A DNA stretch of 46,120 nucleotides from contig CAZMKF010000011.1 in assembly GCA_964566935.1 (NCBI GenBank), positions 1-46,120 on the forward strand, read 5' to 3'. This DNA is from an uncultured Dehalococcoidales bacterium. GTDB taxonomy: Bacteria; Chloroflexota; UBA6077; FW602-bin22; JAMCYS01. A program made the translations under genes and the position numbers. The notes beneath the pieces were generated by a model. It had not been told where the DNA came from, made no database searches, and saw only the letters and a program-made list of their open reading frames with translations. Below, in pieces: positions 41,444 through 46,120 of this stretch (the stretch's first letter is position 1; each line of letters starts with the position of its first letter).

Positions 41444-42907
41444 ATGAAGCCAGTAAAACTGACCATTCTTCACTCCAACGACATGCACGGCGACTTCCTC
41501 GCCGAGATGCGCGCGGGTGACACCAAGATGATCGGGGGGCTCTCTCTGCTCTCCGGCTACATCAAACAGGTGCGGCATACCGAAGAGAATGTACTCTACG
41601 CGGTCGCCGGGGACATGGTGCAGGGCTCAATGATCGATACAGAATACCGCGGGGTTTCCACGATCGAACTGATGAACTACCTGGCGCCCGACGTAGCCAC
41701 GCTCGGCAACCACGAGTTCGATTACGGCCTGCCCCACCTGCTCTTCCTGGAGAAGCTGGCAAACTTCCCCATCGTCAATGCCAACCTCTATATCAAGAAA
41801 CACTTCAAACGGTTGATGCAGCCGTACACCATCATCAACAAGTCGGGCCTGGACGTGATGTTCATCGGCGCCATCACGGAGAATGTGATTCACGCCCTCA
41901 GCTCGGACGAACAGATCGGCAGCTTCATCACGATGAGGGAGATACGCGACGAGGTAGGCCGCATCACCAACGCTTACCGCAACGACGATATTGATCTCAC
42001 CGTGATCCTCTCGCACATCGGCTACGAGTCTGACCTCGAGTTGGCGGAGATGCTGGACCCGGAGTGGGGGGTAGACATGATCATCGGCGGTCACAGCCAC
42101 ACCGTGCTCGACAAACCCACTCGGGTCAACAACATTCTGATCGCCCAGGCGGGCGTGGGTACCGACCAGATAGGCCGCTTCGATCTGGTGGTCGACGATG
42201 ACACGAACAGCATCGTCGATTACACCTGGCGTCTGATCCCGATCGACAACACCATTGCCGAACCCGATCACGAGCTGGAGAAGTTCATCCAGTCGTTCCA
42301 GGAGGTGGTCGATCGCAAATACGCCACTATCATCACCATGCTGGGCGACGAGCTGGGACATCCGAGCCGTATAGTGGAGACGCCGCTGGGTAACCTGGTG
42401 GCGGACGCACTGGCGGATACCACCGGCGTGGACGTGGTCCTGATCGGTAGTGGTTCCATCCGCGTCAAAGCACTGGGCCCGCTGGTTACCCTGGGCAGCT
42501 TCGTCACCGCCTTCCCCTACAATGACTCGCTGCACCGTTTCACCATTTTGGGCAGCCAGCTGAAACATCTCTTCAACAGCTGGATGCGCAAGGAGAACCG
42601 CAACGGCGAGGGTGAATGCTATCAGGTGAACAGCCGCGTGCGTGCTGTCTTCGACGAGGCGGCCAACAAGCTGCGCTCACTTACCATCAACGGCCGCGAC
42701 GTCATGGACGAGGCTAGCTACACCATCTGCCTGCCAAGCTATCACGTCAATCTGGTGGAGAAGATATTCGACCTGACGCTCGACGAAATGACCCGCGAGG
42801 CGCCCTCAAAGGTGCTGTCCACCCGTTTCCAGGACCCGCTGGAAGAGTATCTGCGCGCTCACCAGAACAGCACTCGGAAAGTTGAGGGAAGGTTGGTATA
42901 CGTGTAG
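41444..42907 (+). CDS. Bifunctional metallophosphatase / 5'-nucleotidase family protein (UshA-like), no signal peptide
   Basis: Calcineurin-like motifs LTILHSNDMHGDF, AGDMVQGS, LGNHEFDYG and SHIGYESD..GGHSH, plus a C-terminal 5'-nucleotidase substrate-binding domain. Confidence 0.85.
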   Translation: MKPVKLTILHSNDMHGDFLAEMRAGDTKMIGGLSLLSGYIKQVRHTEENVLYAVAGDMVQGSMIDTEYRGVSTIELMNYLAPDVATLGNHEFDYGLPHLLFLEKLANFPIVNANLYIKKHFKRLMQPYTIINKSGLDVMFIGAITENVIHALSSDEQIGSFITMREIRDEVGRITNAYRNDDIDLTVILSHIGYESDLELAEMLDPEWGVDMIIGGHSHTVLDKPTRVNNILIAQAGVGTDQIGRFDLVVDDDTNSIVDYTWRLIPIDNTIAEPDHELEKFIQSFQEVVDRKYATIITMLGDELGHPSRIVETPLGNLVADALADTTGVDVVLIGSGSIRVKALGPLVTLGSFVTAFPYNDSLHRFTILGSQLKHLFNSWMRKENRNGEGECYQVNSRVRAVFDEAANKLRSLTINGRDVMDEASYTICLPSYHVNLVEKIFDLTLDEMTREAPSKVLSTRFQDPLEEYLRAHQNSTRKVEGRLVYV

Positions 42908-43022
42908 CGGCGGGCTTCTCCTTCATTCGCAACGCGGCCAACCGCATTCAGGGAGCCGCTGGGGCAGCAACTGCCGCCCCAGCGGCTCACACAAAGGGTA
43001 AGCGGGCAAGAGGAAGTGCGAG

Positions 43023-43781
43023 ATGGAATTGCAGAAGCCGGGTCAGCCGCCCACTCAGGACGAGGCAGCCTTCCGCGCTGTTTGCCTCGGCGCGCTCGTG
43101 GAGCGGTCCAGGCTCGATCGGGTCAGCGAGGCGCTACCGGAACCGGTGCGGGCAGCGATCTATCCAAGAACCATCGTCAGGTTGAATGATTGGATCGAAG
43201 CCAGCGGCCTGCGAGAATGGCAATCCTCCGTGGAATGTGAGCTGTTCAGACGAAAACCCGGCTCCTGGACCACACAGGAGCTGATTAACGCACACTGGCG
43301 CGGTGAAGCTCTAAGTATGCTCCTGTGGGCGCTCGGTGTGCTGGAGGCCGTGCCACCTTACGATGTGCATTTCAACGAAGCCGAAGTGCTGAGACTGGTG
43401 GGAGTCTACGGCCCCGTCAATCACTTCATCGCACGGGCGGCGATGCGGCCGGCGGTGGAAATCGCCCACGCCCGCGATTTGGCCGAAAGCTGGCACTGGC
43501 GGGCCAACACCACCATCCTGATGAGGGATAAGCCGGACTATCGCCTCCCGAACGGTCTGACCTTCGCCAGAATCATCGAATGGCACGCGCGCGAGTGCTA
43601 CAAACTCGGCGAAATACCCGCGCCGATAGACGGCGACTTCCCTGCCATGGGTAAGGCTTTCGCCGCCCTCGACTCGGATGAGTTTTCGCTGATGAACAGC
43701 ATCTCGAGAGAGCGTCAATACGCCTTCAATTGGCTATGCGGCTATCACGAAGATTGGGACAAGGTGCGCACCGACACCTGA
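43023..43781 (+). CDS. Hypothetical protein, possibly DUF4272 family
   Basis: A 252-aa soluble ORF with good coding appearance. WRGEALSMLLWALGVLEAVPPYD recalls DUF4272 proteins; this is from memory and unverified. Confidence 0.4.
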   Translation: MELQKPGQPPTQDEAAFRAVCLGALVERSRLDRVSEALPEPVRAAIYPRTIVRLNDWIEASGLREWQSSVECELFRRKPGSWTTQELINAHWRGEALSMLLWALGVLEAVPPYDVHFNEAEVLRLVGVYGPVNHFIARAAMRPAVEIAHARDLAESWHWRANTTILMRDKPDYRLPNGLTFARIIEWHARECYKLGEIPAPIDGDFPAMGKAFAALDSDEFSLMNSISRERQYAFNWLCGYHEDWDKVRTDT

Positions 43782-43945
43782 GTGAACGGAGGACGGCTGG
43801 CGGGGCTGTTGCTCCGAGTCCACGGTTGGCGGATGAAGCCGCCCCTGGGTGAACAACCACCCGGTCAGGCTGCCCACGCGCCAGACAACGCCACAACCAG
43901 GTTGATCTGCCAGCGGTAACGCGGTCCGCGGACTGCCCTCGCTCC

Positions 43946-45853
43946 CTAGCGGCCGATCAGCGCGGACTCCAGCCGATAAACCCTCACTTGCTCGTCCTCA
44001 TAGAAGGGTGTTTGATCGGCAAAGGCGACGGCCAGGAAAGCACTGGCACGGCTTTCGGCAGTGGCGGCCTGCCCGCTGAACAGCTGTTTGTGGTAGACCA
44101 CGTAGCGGAAGCCCGCGTGACTCAACTGCCGCACACCGTCGGCGTACGCGGCCAGCGCTTGCGAGCGCCCCGGCTGCAGACCACGCTCCTGCGCGTCATC
44201 GTAAGTAGTAAGCCACGCCAGCACCGGCAAGGGGTGCTGTTCGTAAACGTGCGAGAGATAACCCCAGGCGATCTTCTTGCCGTGCCCCATCTGGTACATC
44301 TGGTAAGTGGAGGCCAGCTCGGGCCAGCCGCCCGGGTTATCGGTGGGACCGAAACCGGCCGGCAGATCCAGTACACCGTACTGCTCGCCATCGCCGGCCA
44401 GCTGCTGGTAGAAGGCAGGAGTCTCGGGTAAGGACGCCTGCAGCCAGGGGCGAGGCCAACTCTCCAGCAACAGCAAGGCGAGCAGCGCCATCCCCAAAGG
44501 CAGGTAGTGGCGCGCCAGTCGCCGTTGAGCGAGCCACTGCAGACCGATGCCCGCCAGCATCGCCAGGGCGATGGACCCCAGCATCATGAAACGGCTGGAG
44601 ACGCGCATGAAATCGAGCCCGGGCAGGCTGGCCAGGAAAGCGAAGGGGAGCACTACCGGCAGCTGGAAATCGGTGAAGGTCGTCTCGCCCCACAGCCTGA
44701 GGTAGGGGCCAAGCGAGAAGACGAAGAAAACCAGGAACAGCAACAGCCAGAGGGCGGCCTGCCGCCGCCGCTGCCACAGCGCAAGAGCGCTCAGCGCCAG
44801 GCCGCTCCAAGGCAGGGTGACCGCCGTTTCGGTGCTGATGCCCACCCAGTACTTGCTGTGCAGCAGACCAGGCAAAAAAGCGGCGTGCGGATTGCGGGCG
44901 CCGGCATCGATACTGAAGAACAGCGGCGCCAGGACGGCGTGGTAGAAGCTGGGAATGAAATACTGCACCAGGTCCGGCGCAAACATGCCGGCGCTGATGT
45001 TGACCTTATAGCGGTTGCCCAAAAGCGGATTGGCAGTGGCCTGGGTAATGGCGTACAGATAGGGGCTGCAGACCAGGATGATGAGGGCGCCGCTTACCAG
45101 CACCCGCCACCAGGCCTCGCGGCGCTCTCCTTCAGGCGCAACCCAGAGATGGTACAGCATCACCAGGCCAACGCCTAGCGATGCATAGATGAACTGGTAA
45201 CCGCTGTACATGGCGGTGAGCAATAGCAGCACCGCCGGCGCCAGCAACCAGCCTCTGCCTCGTCGCTGATCAAGCGCGCGCAGTGTCACCAGCAGAGCCA
45301 GCGCCAGGAAGCCGATGAAGGTCTTTTCCAGATGCTCATAAACGCCGGCCAGGTGGATGGGAGCCACCGCCACCAGCACGCCACTGAAGACTGCGGCCAG
45401 CCTCGCCAAGCCTATCTCGCGCGCCAGGAGGTAACCACAATAGCCGGAGAGTGCCACTGAGATAAGGATGGCGCCGTTGTAGGCGGCCACCGCTCCCCAT
45501 AGCCAGAATGGCAGAGAGAACGCGGCCGCCACCGGCCCAACACCGTCCGTCAATAAGGAAATGCCATTGGGAAAGTAGAGCCAGCTGGTGTCAAACAGGG
45601 GCTGACGGCCGAGCGCCGTCTCCTTGAGGTGCCAGAGCAGCCACATGCTGTGCTTGGGATCGGCAAAACCGGTGCCGATCAGCAGTCGGTCGAAATCGCG
45701 CACCAGCGGCCAGGTGAGGCCGACGCTGAGCAGCAGGTAACCGATGAGCGCCAGCAGGTGCTCGGCGAGCGCGCTGTGTACCGCCGGTCGCGATTGTGGC
45801 GGCAATTGCTGGGGGTTGGGCGGTAGCGGCGCCGGCCGGCTCAGAGCGCACAC
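43946..45853 (-). CDS. Large polytopic membrane protein, GT-C-like (family unassigned) with a C-terminal soluble domain
   Basis: 635 aa with ~13 TM segments. Early loop motifs are WPLVRDFDRLLIG...DPKHSMWLLWHL and LFDTSWLYFPNG. The C-terminal ~170 aa are soluble. It is adjacent to a methyltransferase. Confidence 0.45.
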   Translation of the reverse strand: MCALSRPAPLPPNPQQLPPQSRPAVHSALAEHLLALIGYLLLSVGLTWPLVRDFDRLLIGTGFADPKHSMWLLWHLKETALGRQPLFDTSWLYFPNGISLLTDGVGPVAAAFSLPFWLWGAVAAYNGAILISVALSGYCGYLLAREIGLARLAAVFSGVLVAVAPIHLAGVYEHLEKTFIGFLALALLVTLRALDQRRGRGWLLAPAVLLLLTAMYSGYQFIYASLGVGLVMLYHLWVAPEGERREAWWRVLVSGALIILVCSPYLYAITQATANPLLGNRYKVNISAGMFAPDLVQYFIPSFYHAVLAPLFFSIDAGARNPHAAFLPGLLHSKYWVGISTETAVTLPWSGLALSALALWQRRRQAALWLLLFLVFFVFSLGPYLRLWGETTFTDFQLPVVLPFAFLASLPGLDFMRVSSRFMMLGSIALAMLAGIGLQWLAQRRLARHYLPLGMALLALLLLESWPRPWLQASLPETPAFYQQLAGDGEQYGVLDLPAGFGPTDNPGGWPELASTYQMYQMGHGKKIAWGYLSHVYEQHPLPVLAWLTTYDDAQERGLQPGRSQALAAYADGVRQLSHAGFRYVVYHKQLFSGQAATAESRASAFLAVAFADQTPFYEDEQVRVYRLESALIGR

Positions 45854-45859
45854 GCTGCC

Positions 45860-46120
45860 TTAAGCCTCGGCCTCGGGACGACGAAAGGCGGCGATCAGCT
45901 CGCCCCGCAGAATGTAATGGTACTCCTCCAGCGTCAATCCGCGCCGCCGCATCAGGCTGAACAGCTCGTTACGAGTGTAGGGGCTGATGTGTTCCTCTGC
46001 GTAGCCTCCCGGCGCCAGCTTGCCGTAGAACCACTCCAGCGCCGGCCAGACCAGGCCACCGTAATCGGGCGTGCCGATGATCAGCCTGCCGCCCGGCTGC
46101 ACTACCCGCACCAGCTCATC
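45860..46120 (-). CDS. Class I SAM-dependent methyltransferase, C-terminal part (5' end outside the window)
   Basis: The open frame continues to the window edge (..DELVRVVQPGGRLIIGTPDYGG...). This post-motif II/III region is typical of Methyltransf_11/25 proteins. Confidence 0.65.
   Translation of the reverse strand, partial: DELVRVVQPGGRLIIGTPDYGGLVWPALEWFYGKLAPGGYAEEHISPYTRNELFSLMRRRGLTLEEYHYILRGELIAAFRRPEAEA

Noticed and set aside
41627-42568. 313-aa minus-strand ORF (and 143-aa ORF 41147-41578)
   Set aside because: It is antisense to the 5'-nucleotidase-family gene, which carries all metallophosphatase motifs. The antisense translation is Val/Asp/His/Gln-rich with no motifs.
1-46120. 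CRISPR arrays, rRNA genes, integrases, toxin-antitoxin pairs, and phage or defence gene signatures
   Set aside because: No regularly spaced direct repeats, no rRNA-like sequence, and no ORFs with the corresponding motifs were seen on either strand.

Overview
This 46 kb window is a compositional and functional mosaic, apparently from a GC-rich bacterium with lipoprotein-anchored solute-binding proteins. Taxon is not determinable here; it could be Chloroflexota- or Actinomycetota-like. Spot G+C counts on single 60-nt lines gave 48% at 2041, 50% at 25921 and 29101, 65% at 16501 and 68% at 37081.

Layout:
1. 3-161: 3' end of an rve-type IS transposase gene.
2. 162-14653: lower-GC plus-strand catabolic island. 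It holds a frameshifted ThDP enzyme, two tctCBA tripartite tricarboxylate transporter operons, a decayed 3-hydroxyacyl-CoA dehydrogenase gene, two SDR reductases, a 2-oxoacid/acetoin-type dehydrogenase in the order E2-E1alpha-E1beta with no E3, and a GntR/FadR regulator.
3. 14654-15365: a scar where an ABC-ATPase gene fragment abuts an IS256-family transposase fragment.
4. 15366-34703: a Wzx/Wzy-dependent polysaccharide locus. It contains the priming phosphotransferase, GT4, GT2, GT26 and GT-C enzymes, fcl, a Wzz-like PCP and a clan GH-A hydrolase. Several genes are frameshifted and one GT4 is clearly decaying.
5. ~34750-34900: a second IS256-like end remnant.
6. 35022-40716: GC-rich minus-strand block with a DapA-family lyase and a tightly coupled ECF-type transporter operon. 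The operon has a fused EcfA-EcfA'-EcfT protein, an S-like component, two extracytoplasmic beta-domain proteins and a stand-alone TiaS-kinase-domain-like protein.
7. 40986-41061: tRNA-Arg(CCU) with its own promoter and terminator.
8. 41444-46120: a cytoplasmic 5'-nucleotidase-family protein, a DUF4272-like protein, a large GT-C-like membrane protein and a partial methyltransferase.

Best candidates for something undescribed:
- the ECF / TiaS-like operon;
- a 42-nt twin-repeat module found twice, 35.6 kb apart, at the same distance upstream of TTGAC -35 boxes;
- a perfect 58-bp spacerless palindrome over the dehydrogenase operon promoter;
- a conserved IS-end-like motif bracketing the polysaccharide locus.

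All family assignments come from motif recognition by eye. No searches were run.
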